A stretch of 64,000 bases of DNA from Octopus bimaculoides (Eukaryota), in contig NC_068985.1 of NCBI RefSeq assembly GCF_001194135.2, positions 84,688,493 through 84,752,492 of the forward strand. The letters are read 5' to 3'. The position numbers and the translations under genes are program-made. The notes beneath the pieces are model-generated. The model was not told the origin of the DNA. It searched no databases and was given only the letters and a program-made list of their open reading frames with translations. Shown piece by piece: positions 51,773 to 63,617 of this stretch. Positions within the stretch are counted from its first letter, which is position 1; every line of letters starts with the position of its first letter.

Positions 51773-52260
51773 TAATAATAATAATAATAATAATAATAAT
51801 CCCTCCTGCTATAGGCACAAGGCCTGAAATTTGGGGGTAGGAGGTGGGTCGATTTCATCGACCTCAGTACTCAACTGGTACTTAATTTATCGACCCCGAA
51901 AGGATGCAAGGGAAAGTTGACCCCAGCGGAATTTGAACTCAGGACATAAAGACAGACAAAATACCACTAAGCATTTTGCCTGGCATGCTAACAATTCTGC
52001 TAGTTTTCCACTTTACTAATAGTAATAATAATAATAATAATAATAATAGTAGCCCTTTCTACTATAGACACAAGGCCTGAAATTTGTGGGAGGCAGATAA
52101 TTGATTACATTGACCCCAGTGCGTAACTGGTACTTATTTTATCAACCCCCGAAAGGATGAAAGGCAAAGTCAACCTCAGCAGAATTTGGACTCAATGTTT
52201 CAATGGGCAAAATACCACTCAGCATTTTATCCAGCATGCTAATGATTCTGCCAGCTCACC
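51540..52260 (-). mobile_element. Three tandem SINE family B copies separated by (AAT)n
   Basis: Copies at about 51540-51720, 51805-52015 and 52055-52260. Confidence 0.85.
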
Positions 52261-52275
52261 ACCGTACAACTACTG

Positions 52276-52603
52276 AGGAGACCCCCTTCGGTCATGAATG
52301 ACCATGGGATTGTACCTAGAAAGTTACTCTCGGAGGCACAAGTCTGGGCAAGGTTGTTTATGGAAGGCCAGCAGTCGCCCATGCATACCAGTCTCCCCTC
52401 TCCACATCACTGATGTCATCCAAGGGAAAGGCAAAGGCTGATACAGCTTGGCACCAGTGATGTCACAACTCATTTCTACAGCTGAGTGAACTGGAGCAAC
52501 GTGAAATAAAGTGTCTTGCTCAAGAACACAACACGCAACCTGGTCCGGGAACCAAACTCACAACCTCATGATCGTAAACTCGACGCTCTAACCACTGAGC
52601 TAC
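52276..52603 (-). mobile_element. SINE family C with 11-bp TSD
   Basis: tacaactactg at 52265-52275 and 52604-52614. tRNA-like head on the minus strand. Confidence 0.9.
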
Positions 52604-52615
52604 TACAACTACTGC

Positions 52616-52651
<36 letters not shown>

Positions 52652-53872
52652 CAACAACAACAACAACAATTATAACAACAATAATAACAACTCTCCAAGA
52701 TGTTACACATCATTCTGTTGTGTTTGCATCAAATTCTACTGATCTGTTGTTTTTGTGTTTCTCAAATTGCATTCCATTCCGTTTGTTATTTTACCAAACT
52801 TAAACACAACAATTAAAAAATAAAACTAGCTAAATAAATAAATAAAAACAAATTAATCAATTAATTTTTTTTAATTAACAAAGCAAAACAAAATTTTTTA
52901 AAATATAAAAAAAAAACAAGAGAAGCAACGAAACGATGAACAGACAAAAGATAATATAACATCAATCAATTCCGGAGTTTGTCGTATATGTATTTGAATG
53001 CATATAATGTGCAGTGAAGATGCTTCATGAAGGTAGCTTGGTAAGTGTGGACTGGGGTAGCAGAGGAGGTGTTTGATGGGGTGAGAGGTAAATTGGGAGT
53101 GGTGCTGGGGCTGTTGGTTGTGAGGTGTTCCAGGTGGGTAGGGGAATGGCAGCGATGGAGGTTGGGATGATATTGCAGCAGATATCACTTCTGCGCAATT
53201 AGATTGAAATTGTTCTCACCTTCTGCAATGGTAATGAACTAATGCTAATTTCCTGATATCGATCTCAACAACAACAGCAACAACAACAACAACAACAGCA
53301 GCAGCAGCAATAACAACAAAAACAACAGCTGCTACAATAACAACAAGCAAGAACAATATAAAATGATCATAAAAAAAATAACATACATTGAAAGACAATA
53401 GTAACCTAGTGTAGCACAGAAATGATGCCAACAGTGACAACAGAAAAACAAAACAAAAAGATACAATGGGTGACAACAACAACTACAACAATAATAGCAA
53501 TAACAATGATGATGATGATGACGACAACAACAACAATATCAACAATAGTCATAGCAGTTATCACTACAACAAAAATTGGCAAAGGAGGACTGCAATAACA
53601 TGAAGTAGAAGAAGAATTGCAGAAGCAACAGTAAGAAAACTAACAACAACAGAGGTATCACCAGCTATATCAACAACACTTAATAATTGGGACCTTTAGC
53701 TTTGGTACAAATTGATTATAATGTCCCACCGTACTTGCACACACGCATGCACGCATGCCCACGCACACGCACACCTAAGGCTGACATACAACTTTTCAGA
53801 TCTAAAGAGGAAAGCCCTTCTAATTGGTTGCCAGACCTGCTAGAAATAGAAGTCAAATCTCTCTCAAATTAA

Positions 53873-54082
53873 CCCTTTAGCATTCAGATTACTCTGTCAA
53901 ATGTAATTCTTATTTATTCACATTTTTAGAATTAATTATTCATTGTCTTATAGCTTTCGGAATTTCATGACCTAACTGTTAATTTTTAGACTGATATTGT
54001 TGGGTAGGTGTAAGGGACCAGATCTGAACATAAAACAGGTAGAATATTTTAGCCAGATATGGTCAGTTTAAATGTCAAAGGA
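53873..54082. mobile_element. piggyBac-type MITE with TTAA TSD
   Basis: TTAA|CCCTTTAGCATT ... AATGTCAAAGGA|TTAA. Confidence 0.65.
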
Positions 54083-54869
54083 TTAAGTCTTTATCATCTT
54101 ATAGAAAAGGACACTTTGGATAGCATAAGCAGTCACAAATGTTGAAAATGATGGGATGGTCATGGTTGGAATGTTTTTGATCAGTTCTACTTAATCAGAA
54201 CTGATCCATGGCTCTACAGCAACAACAACATCAACTTTTGAGTGGTAAATGCAGTGCTGTCTTGAAGCAGAAGCTACCACATAGTTTCCCAGAGACTACA
54301 ACACCAGTTTAAGGTCTAAATACTAACCTACACATGATGTGTTTCTGTGAGTAGGGGCCCCAGTGCATTGATTTGTCAGGAAGGGGAGCCTATAAAGCTA
54401 TCAAGATGTAGTTGCTGGGCTTTCTTCTTCAGTCCTTGAAAATTCTTCATCTCACCCAGCAACTAATAACCTTCTGTAAAACTCAAGTGGGGCCCACAGT
54501 AGGGTACTATTCTCTTCAACACATCACACCTCTCAGTCCACCACAACTTACTCCAAGCCCTGTACTTAACTGTTAGTCCCAGTTTTTTCTTCTCACACTG
54601 TTGCCCCTCTGGACTACCCTCATAAAACAAGGAAGGGTACTTTTGACTGTTTTTTTCTAGTGACTCTCAACTGCAAATGCTAAGTTACAGGGACGTAAAC
54701 AAACCAACACCAGTTATCAAGCAGTGTTGGAGGACAATCACAGACACAAAGGCACACTCACGCACACAAAACCAATGAATAATAACCATAAAGTTGAAGT
54801 AAAAGTCAAATATTGTGTGTGTGTTTATTGACAAACTGACTATTCACGAATATAACTATATATATATAT

Positions 54870-55121
54870 ATCAAAATAAGCAACAGGATATCAAGTAGTG
54901 ATGCAGTAAAACCGTTTCAAATGACTCCATTCAATTGAACATTGCAATCAGTACATCAATTTAAGTGCAGTGCCATCTTCAGCTGCACAATATAGAATTT
55001 TGTGCAGTTGAAGATAACACTGCATTTAAATTGATGTAAATGATTGCATTGTTCAATTAAATGGAGCCACTTGAAATGGTCGTACAGCATCACTACTTTA
55101 TATCCTGTTGTTTATTTTGAT
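54870..55121. repeat. Fold-back with arms of about 120 bp, each a decayed hammerhead-bearing (Penelope LTR-like) unit
   Basis: 54870-54990 against the reverse complement of about 55000-55121, with a loop of about 9 nt. It follows a (TA)n tract. Confidence 0.9.
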
Positions 55122-55317
55122 TTTATTCACCTTACTTCGAGTGGTGCGGATAATATTGGACAGACTTGGTGCTTCAAATTAAGTACCGAATTCAACTGAA
55201 TCTTAATTATATATATATATATATATACACAAGAGCCTCAAAAAAACAAAACATGGTACAAGACTTCTGATGAAGGTACAAGACTTCAAGGCTCAAAACT
55301 TTCCATACACCCCTCAT

Positions 55318-55511
55318 AAGTAATATTCGCAGCCACTTTAACAAGCCTCTCTATTCGAGCTGACTCTACAGCAATTCTTTTACCCTAAGGGGACATCTCC
55401 TCTGGCTGGTTAACAATGCACAGCTAGAAGAGATGTGCTCTTGGGGTTAAAAAATCGCAGTAGAGTCTGCTCGAATGGACAGCCATTTTAAAGTAGCTAC
55501 AAATATTACTT
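55318..55511. repeat. Fold-back, arms about 90 bp
   Basis: aagtaatatt...ttcgagctgactctacagc...acatctcctctggctg pairs with cagctagaagagatgt...gcagtagagtctgctcgaat...aatattactt. Confidence 0.85.
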
Positions 55512-55576
55512 GTCAGTAAATCTTTTAGAGAGATTACATATGTATGTATGTATGTATGTATGTATGCATGTATGTA

Positions 55577-56260
55577 TGTTTTTTCTTTGAGTTTTATTCA
55601 AGTTCTTCTTAAGAGACTTCAAGCTGGTCGCTAACAAGGCAATAAGATTTTTTGTGTCGAGAGAGTTCCCGGTGTTTGTAAATATTTGGTTGAGTTGATG
55701 TGTTGGCCGAGCAGTTGATACACTCACCCAAGTGTACATCGTTTCACCTAACGCATCTCAGATGGAGAATCTTTGGAATATCTTATAAATCTTCACACTG
55801 CTACTGATAGATTGGTTTTGGAAAAATCTATGCCAGTTTCTTTTGATAAAATATTTCTAGGTTTTTATGTAAATCTGTTGGTACATAACTTAATGTACTT
55901 ATGATGAAAGTACAAGCAAGAATTTATAATCAGGGTACAAGTTCCGCATTAATTTACTATAAATGTTCTCTTTTGATCGTACATTCATGTCTGCTGGGCA
56001 ACTGACTTCTACAACAGTGCATGACTTTGGTTCCATGTTCCACAGAAAAATATCAGGTTTGTTATGTTTGCACTGAACTGTTGGTTTTATTGTAGTGTTC
56101 CACCAGTGTGGAAAGCTCCAATAGAAGTGTTCTTTGTTTTTAAAGGTGTGAATACATGCTGGCTCTGACATACCTTTGATGTATACATCAGGGCAATCCT
56201 TTCTGTGGATAGCATTATACATAGTCTTTGTAACAATATCATGCGTCAGGGACATATAGA
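55577..56260 (-). mobile_element. R4/Dong-like retrotransposon 3' end (RLE domain, 3' UTR, AATAAA, (CATA)n)
   Basis: HDIVTKTMYNAIHRKDCP...WWNTTIKPTVQCKHNKPDIFLWN...CTVVEVSCPADMNV..KENIYSKLMRNLYPDYKF (PD..E/D..K motif). Confidence 0.85.
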
Positions 56261-56327
56261 TATTATGGGGCAGCTGCTGATGATGTGGAGGATGTCTTCA
56301 ACACTGGTGTAGCAGAGCTGCTCCAGT

Positions 56328-56370
<43 letters not shown>

Positions 56371-56689
56371 ATGTTGTAAATGAGTGTCACAGTCATATAA
56401 GTAGTGTCAGTCACCTCCAATCTTCCACAAATACATGTCTGGTCATAAGGAATTACCTTGTTTTGGAATAAATATGGAGGGTCAGTGACAGGAAGGACAT
56501 CCAGTCATAAAACATCTGCTTTAACAAATTCTGTCTAACCTATGAAAGCATGGAAAACTGAACATGAAAATGATGTCAAAATGTGATTTCAGGGATATTT
56601 GGTTGATATTTCCAGCTGTCCAGGGAGTTGTCTACCAAGTGGATAATTGTTTTTCCACTCTGTGCCCTAGCTACAAGCAATATTAAAAT

Positions 56690-56980
56690 TCATTGGCTTC
56701 AGTCTTCATAAGCTGCTAAGTTATGGGGACGTAAACACACCAACACCGGTTGTCAAATAGTGATAGGAGTAAACACAGACATAAAGATACATGTGTGTGC
56801 ATACACACACATACAACAGGCTTCTTACTGTTTCCAGCTACCAAATCCACTCACAATATTTTGGTTGGCCCACATCTATAATTGAAAATTCATGGTTAAA
56901 GTGCCACACAGTGGGACTGAACCAACGAACATGTGGTTGGGAAGCAGACTTCTTTACTACACAGCCACACCTGTGCCTAT
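56690..56980 (-). mobile_element. SINE family A, diverged
   Basis: Recognisable central and head segments. Confidence 0.75.
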
Positions 56981-58217
56981 GTTATAAACTTAAAAAAGAA
57001 ACACCTTCTTGCAATGTTATATTATAAAAAGCTTATCTACAAGCATTTGCCTGAAGCTAAAATATATGTATGTATGTATAATTCCAATATCAAGGTTATT
57101 TGGGAAATTAAAATTTTGGCACCAAAGGCTGAAAAAGCTGGCTATCACTGCACTAGAACATCATATGTAACTAGAAAGAACAGCAAGGTGCTTATCTAGC
57201 ACAGATTTAAAAACTGAGACAATCATGAATCAAGATTGCATTGAATGAATAATGCATTTCAGCTATATTAGTGCATCATCAGTGCAGGTGCATAGTTAGC
57301 CAGAAGGGAAAGTGTAGTGATAGTGCAACATATGAAAGATTTGTTATCAGTAAAAAGAAAAAAAGATGAAAACAATGAAACAACTGTTGTTGAATTTGAA
57401 CTCATGACCCATAAATTGGCATGGCCCTAAGACAGATGCAATTTTATAGATTAACAACTCAAACGATATTGTTTTCTTTTGTGCATACAAGCATGTTTGT
57501 GCATTTATGCGTGTATATTAAGCAGAACAATGAGAAGAGGATTGACAACATGTTAATCTTGCCGAAAATCACAACCAGAAATTAATGTATGAAGACTGAA
57601 GCCAATGTTGTTATCAATTAGTTATTTTCATTAGATACACGACTGGTAAGGAAAATATTCAACTCATCTGGTGTAGCAGCAAACTGCAAACATATAATGA
57701 TACATAGGGTATAACAGCTTCAGAGGACATATTTTCTATAACAACTTCTCTGAAAACACATACAAGCAATACACCTATACATACTTCATCATCATTTGAC
57801 ATCTGCTTTCCATGCTGGTACAGATCGGACTGTTTGACTTGGAGCTAGCTAGCAGGGAGCTGTCCAGACTCCAGCAGTCTGTTGATGCATGGTTTCTATG
57901 GCTGGATGCCCTTCCTAATGCCTTCCTAATATATTTGTAGATTTTTTATTTTCTAAATTTAGCTATTTATATCTGCTATTCCCTTCTATAATGGATAGCT
58001 TTCACATTAATTCTTCATAAGAAGTGTAAATAAGTCACTCGAAATATTGAAAACAATATGGCTTTCAAAACTTCCATAAAGAATTAGAAAGATTATCAAA
58101 TTCATTGAAACTACCACATGTTTATCTTTTGAACACTGGCACTCTGTTGGTTATGACAACAAGTGTTCTAGTTGATTCAATCAACATGAAATTAATATGC
58201 AGATAGTTGAGCATTCC

Positions 58218-58452
58218 TCAGACGTATGTACCCGTAACATAGTAACATAGTTCTTGGGAAGATTCAGCATGACACACAATGTGACAAGGCTGGGCTTTTG
58301 AAATATAGACACTACTCATTTTTGCCAGTTGAGTGGACTGAAGCAATGTGAAATAAAGTGTCTTGCTCAAGGACACTACACCACCAGGTATCAAACTCAT
58401 AACTTTATAATCATGAGTCAAATACCCTGGGCATTAAACCATGCACCTTCAC
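58218..58452 (-). mobile_element. SINE family C with yet another 3' tail
   Basis: Shared core (gcaatgtgaaataaagtgtcttgctcaaggaca) joined to an unrelated tail. Confidence 0.75.
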
Positions 58453-58779
58453 CTTTTGAACACTATTCATACATAGATGTAGGTACAGCTCAGTGGTGAA
58501 GAAGTTTGCTTTGCAATAATACACTATTGGGTCCGATCCCATTGCAAGGCATCTGAAGCAAGTGTTTCTACCACAGTTTTGGTTCAGTCCAAGCCTGGTG
58601 AGTGAAATTTTGAAAATGAAAACTGTGTGGAAGTGTATCAGATGAAGTGTATCAGATGAAGTGTATATGTCTGAGGAACATTTAACCTCTAAACATTAAT
58701 TTCATGAGTTGGACATCTAGTTAATTGAACAACTGAACGGTCATCATCTAAACCAATAGAGAATTCATCTAATCATGCA

Positions 58780-58789
58780 CACATTCACA

Positions 58790-58834
<45 letters not shown>

Positions 58835-58941
58835 TCACTCACTCACTCACTCACTCACTCACTCACTCACTCACTCACTCACTCACTCACTCACTCACTC
58901 ACTCACTCACTCACTCACTCACTCACTCACTCACTCACTCA

Positions 58942-59010
<69 letters not shown>

Positions 59011-59025
59011 ACACACACACACACA
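58780..59025. repeat. Compound microsatellite (CA)n-(ACTC)n-(CT)n
   Basis: Directly visible, with about 28 ACTC units. Confidence 0.95.
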
Positions 59026-59649
59026 TCAGCACTAACTTTCTTTTAGTTGCTTGGTCACACTAAAGATATCATACCTTATATGAAATTATTTAATATGTTA
59101 CATCAATATCATCGTTATTAATAACATATCTATTGCAAATATACAAATGAGAAATTTGTTTTATTATATTTTAATTTAATAAATATTTTCATTTTTAAAA
59201 TTGGTATTCATTTCGTTGTTTTGTATAATAAGTTATCATGGAATTCAAAAAGAGTAAAGTGTAACTATTCTACCAATGTAACTTTATTTGATGGTGGCGA
59301 AGGTATTTTCAAACATCACTTGTCATATGATGGGTACTACCGTAGTATTTATATAAATTAGGAAAAGTCTTTCTTTCAGGTAATAAGGAAAAATCAGGTT
59401 CTGACACAACTAGTTTGGTCTATATCTAAGAAAAGTATTGGTTAAAGATGTTTGCTAATTTGGACAAGTCATGAAGCGATGAGAATATTGATGTTGGGAG
59501 TTAAGTCCTTCAGTGAAGTAACAACCTTTTTGTTATATGTATCTCACAGTTGTAGCCTTGTGTCTCTCCATGAGACACATTTGACAAAAATTTGAATTCT
59601 GTAACATTAAAAAAACTGGCATATCTTTGCATCAGTGATATCGTTTTCA

Positions 59650-59830
59650 AATTTTGGCACAAGGCCAGCAAGTTCAACAGAGCAGGACAAGTCAGTTGCA
59701 TTGACCCCAGGTCTCAACTGGTACTTATTTTATCGACCCCAAAAGCATGAAAAGCAAAGTTGGTCTCAGCAGAATTTGAACTCAGAACATAAAGACAGAT
59801 AAAATGCCACTGAGCATTTTTCCTGACATG
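59650..59830 (-). mobile_element. SINE family B
   Basis: ttcaaattttggcacaaggcc...ggtacttattttatcgacccc...gaatttgaactcagaac. Confidence 0.8.
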
Positions 59831-61379
59831 TTAACATCTTTACATCAGTGATATCATATTGAACCTATGACATGCATGTCAGCAGTGATATGCAATGGAC
59901 TTTAAAAAAACTCATTACAGTTTTATTTAACACAAAGCTTATCTATAAATAGTTCTTTTTCTTAGAGACATTTCATTAAAAAATTTTTTGCCACACATGT
60001 TTTTATCATCCAGTTGTTCAATGCTAAAGTAAATGAAGTTATCAGTAATTTGGTTTTATATATTTTTCACACTCTTGATTTCTCTCAGTTAATTTACATT
60101 AAAGGAAATATTCTACTGAATTTTCCCTAAATTAAATTGTTGTCATTTAGCTTCATCTCAAGCTTGGTTAAGGGAACATAACAAAAAGCCTTATATTCCT
60201 ATAGCCATCTTACCCTTTTAATGTTAACTAGGACCCCATGATCCAATGTGTTCTTAAGCATAATAGGGCTGGAGGGATATGTGGTTGCTATTTCTAGTAG
60301 AGCATGTTACCAGGCAGGTACACCCTCATTGTTTCATAGCTTGTTGTTTTAATGTTTTGGATATTGATCCATATGGACATAGTCAACATAAACATAGTTG
60401 CTTGTTTGGTATTTCATTTTATTGAACCCAGAAGGTTTAAAGGTAGATTTGGCTTTGTTGGGATTTGAACATGAACTTAAGCCAGATCAAATATTAAAGG
60501 CTTGAAAAAAAAGGAGTGGGGTTGATAGAGATGTATTCCTCCTGATACAGGATGACCTCTAGGAATAATCAAGGAACCTCACAGTCCAAAATCTCCCTGA
60601 AAACCAAGGACAAGTTCCCTCTCCAATTCCCTTTCTCTGACTCAAAGGTCTACACTTAGAGAGGTACTATCCACTCATGTCATTTTCTTAACTTTCACTC
60701 ACATTTCAAAAACTTACTCAAGAACAGCACTTCCCTCTCCAATGAGGAGAAGAAGGATTTCTAACATAGATGCAAGGCTGCAAATTGAAAGAGAGGCATA
60801 AAATCACATCAACTCCAGTTCTTCACTGGTACTTTCTTTTATTGACTCTTGAATGTTGAAAGTGAAGTTGATCTGATCAGGATTTGAACCCAAAATGTGA
60901 AAGGACATAACTAAATATACTATAACATATTTCTGTCTGGCATCTACTGTTTCTGACATTTACTACTCTGTAATGATAATCATAATAATAATAGTAATAA
61001 TAATCATAGCAATAACAACAACAAAAACAACAATAATAATAATAATAATAATAATAATGACAATAATAATAATAATAACAACAATAATAATAATAATAAT
61101 AATAATAGCAACAACAACTACTACAAACAACTAGTTTTGATGGTCTTTAAATAACTTAGATCGCTTCTTGATTCTTCCAAAAATCTAGTCACGGCATAGC
61201 CCTCCAGGAGAGGAAGAAGAGTTCTTTGTAATAATTAGTTGTAACCTTCATCTCAGGCCAGTTGTTGAGTTTTCAAGATAAAAGCTGTCTAGTATTTATT
61301 TGCCGAGAGACATCTATATTCACGTCCATTTAGTCACTTCTTCTCTTCTGCTCAACATCTTCAAGGGAGATCAGCAGTT

Positions 61380-61435
<56 letters not shown>

Positions 61436-63617
61436 TATTTGGTTGTTGTTGTTGTACTGTTTGTTTGTCAGTTTATTTGTTTCTTTTTTTGTGTGTCATA
61501 TCCCCCCATCCCCATCCCCACCATTCCGCTCACTGCCTTTCATTTCATTTACAGGTTTTCTTCAAGCATCATTAATATGAATTGCTGCAGAAAAANNNNN
61601 NNNNNAAAAAAAAAAAAAAAATAATAATAATAATAATAATGATATTACCAATAATAATCTTGTAGTGTCTTGCTTCACATTTTCAGTAGTGTGTTAATTG
61701 TTGAAGAATAAAAGTCTTTATATATTCTGAAAAATTGAATTTTCTTTTGGCAAAAGTTAATGTCGAGGGTCTCTTTTCTTTATTCTATTTTTTTTATTTT
61801 TTATATATATTTGCATGCATGTGTGTGTGTGTATATATATATTGTGTATGTATGTATGTATGTATGTGTATGTGTGTGTGTATAAATATATGTGTATGTG
61901 TATGTATTTAAGTCTGTGTGTTTGTGTATTTATCTCTGTGTGTCTGTGTGCATATCATCTAATCTTTTCTGTTAGGATTAGATTTTTTTTTGTTATTTTC
62001 TTTTTTCATCCATAGAAAATGAAGAGCTATAATTGTGATAGTAATTTTGCTTATGGCATACACATGTCTGCACATAGAAACTCATAAACACACATATATA
62101 TACAAGCATTCATATACATATAAATGAATAAATTCAAACACATTCATAGACATGCATATATGTGTGTATATTTATATACATGTGTGTCTATGTATCTATA
62201 TATATATANNNNNNNNNNNNNNNNNNNNNNNNNNNNNNNNNNNNNNNNNNNNNNNNNNNNNNNNNNNNNNNNNNNNNNNNNNNNNNNNNNNNNNNNNNNN
62301 NNNNNNNNNNNNNNNNNNNNNNNNNNNNNNNNNNNNNNNNNNNNNNNNNNNNNNNNNNNNNNNNNNNNNNNNNNNNNNNNNNNNNNNNNNNNNNNNNNNN
62401 NNNNNNNNNNNNNNNNNNNNNNNNNNNNNNNNNNNNNNNNNNNNNNNNNNNNNNNNNNNNNNNNNNNNNNNNNNNNNNNNNNNNNNNNNNNNNNNNNNNN
62501 NNNNNNNNNNNNNNNNNNNNNNNNNNNNNNNNNNNNNNNNNNNNNNNNNNNNNNNNNNNNNNNNNNNNNNNNNNNNNNNNNNNNNNNNNNNNNNNNNNNN
62601 NNNNNNNNNNNNNNNNNNNNNNNNNNNNNNNNNNNNNNNNNNNNNNNNNNNNNNNNNNNNNNNNNNNNNNNNNNNNNNNNNNNNNNNNNNNNNNNNNNNN
62701 NNNNNNNNNNNNNNNNNNNNNNNNNNNNNNNNNNNNNNNNNNNNNNNNNNNNNNNNNNNNNNNNNNNNNNNNNNNNNNNNNNNNNNNNNNNNNNNNNNNN
62801 NNNNNNNNNNNNNNNNNNNNNNNNNNNNNNNNNNNNNNNNNNNNNNNNNNNNNNNNNNNNNNNNNNNNNNNNNNNNNNNNNNNNNNNNNNNNNNNNNNNN
62901 NNNNNNNNNNNNNNNNNNNNNNNNNNNNNNNNNNNNNNNNNNNNNNNNNCAGCACACATACACACATGCACATACTTCCCTGGTCCTATTAGTTTACTTT
63001 ATGGAAAGAAATGAAGCAGATAATATTACAGTCGCATTGGTTGTAAAAAAATTTGAAAAAAAAAAACAAGCAAAATAATGATAATAATAAACGAATATAA
63101 ATATATAAAAAATAGAAAAGAATTTTAAAAATGTAAAAGGTCAGATATTCAGGAAAGGTCAAGAAAGCACTTTGATGTTTGTATTTTTTTTTTTCATTTA
63201 TTTAAACCAAAATTTTTTTTTTTTTAAATCAACCAAATTTTATTTCCATGTTTGTTAGTTCAAATATTTCAAATCAAGGAATAAATAGGATTCTGATGAG
63301 AGACTAAATGGTAACGCTATGTGGTCAAACAATTTTCTTTAAATAAGTCAATATGGGTGCTTCAGGCATGGCTGTGTAGTTAAACAATTCACTTTACAAC
63401 CTCTTGATTCTGAGTTCAATCCTACCATACAGCATGTTGAGCAAGTGTCTTCTACCAAATCTTGGACTGACCAATGCTCATTTTCTAAGTGTGTGTGTGT
63501 GTGTGTGTGTACACTTGCACATACATACACACACATCCATACACATGCGTATGCACATACATACATACGCGTGCGTGCACCCCACCGACACACACACAAA
63601 ACATATACAAGGTATTT

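Noticed and set aside
55266-55300. CTGATGAAGG...CAAAAC as another hammerhead
   Set aside because: No GAAA and no closing stems, and it is disrupted by a 13-bp duplication.
59365-59430. Possible small exons after polypyrimidine-AG (also near 48884 and 57740)
   Set aside because: Weak donors, no recognisable peptide, and expected by chance in AT-rich DNA.
1319-63078. Long ORFs spanning N-runs (1.3-2.3, 12.4-13.3, 19.9-20.8, 47.1-47.7 and 62.1-63.1 kb)
   Set aside because: They are open only because N codons contain no stops. These are assembly gaps, usually beside (TA)n.
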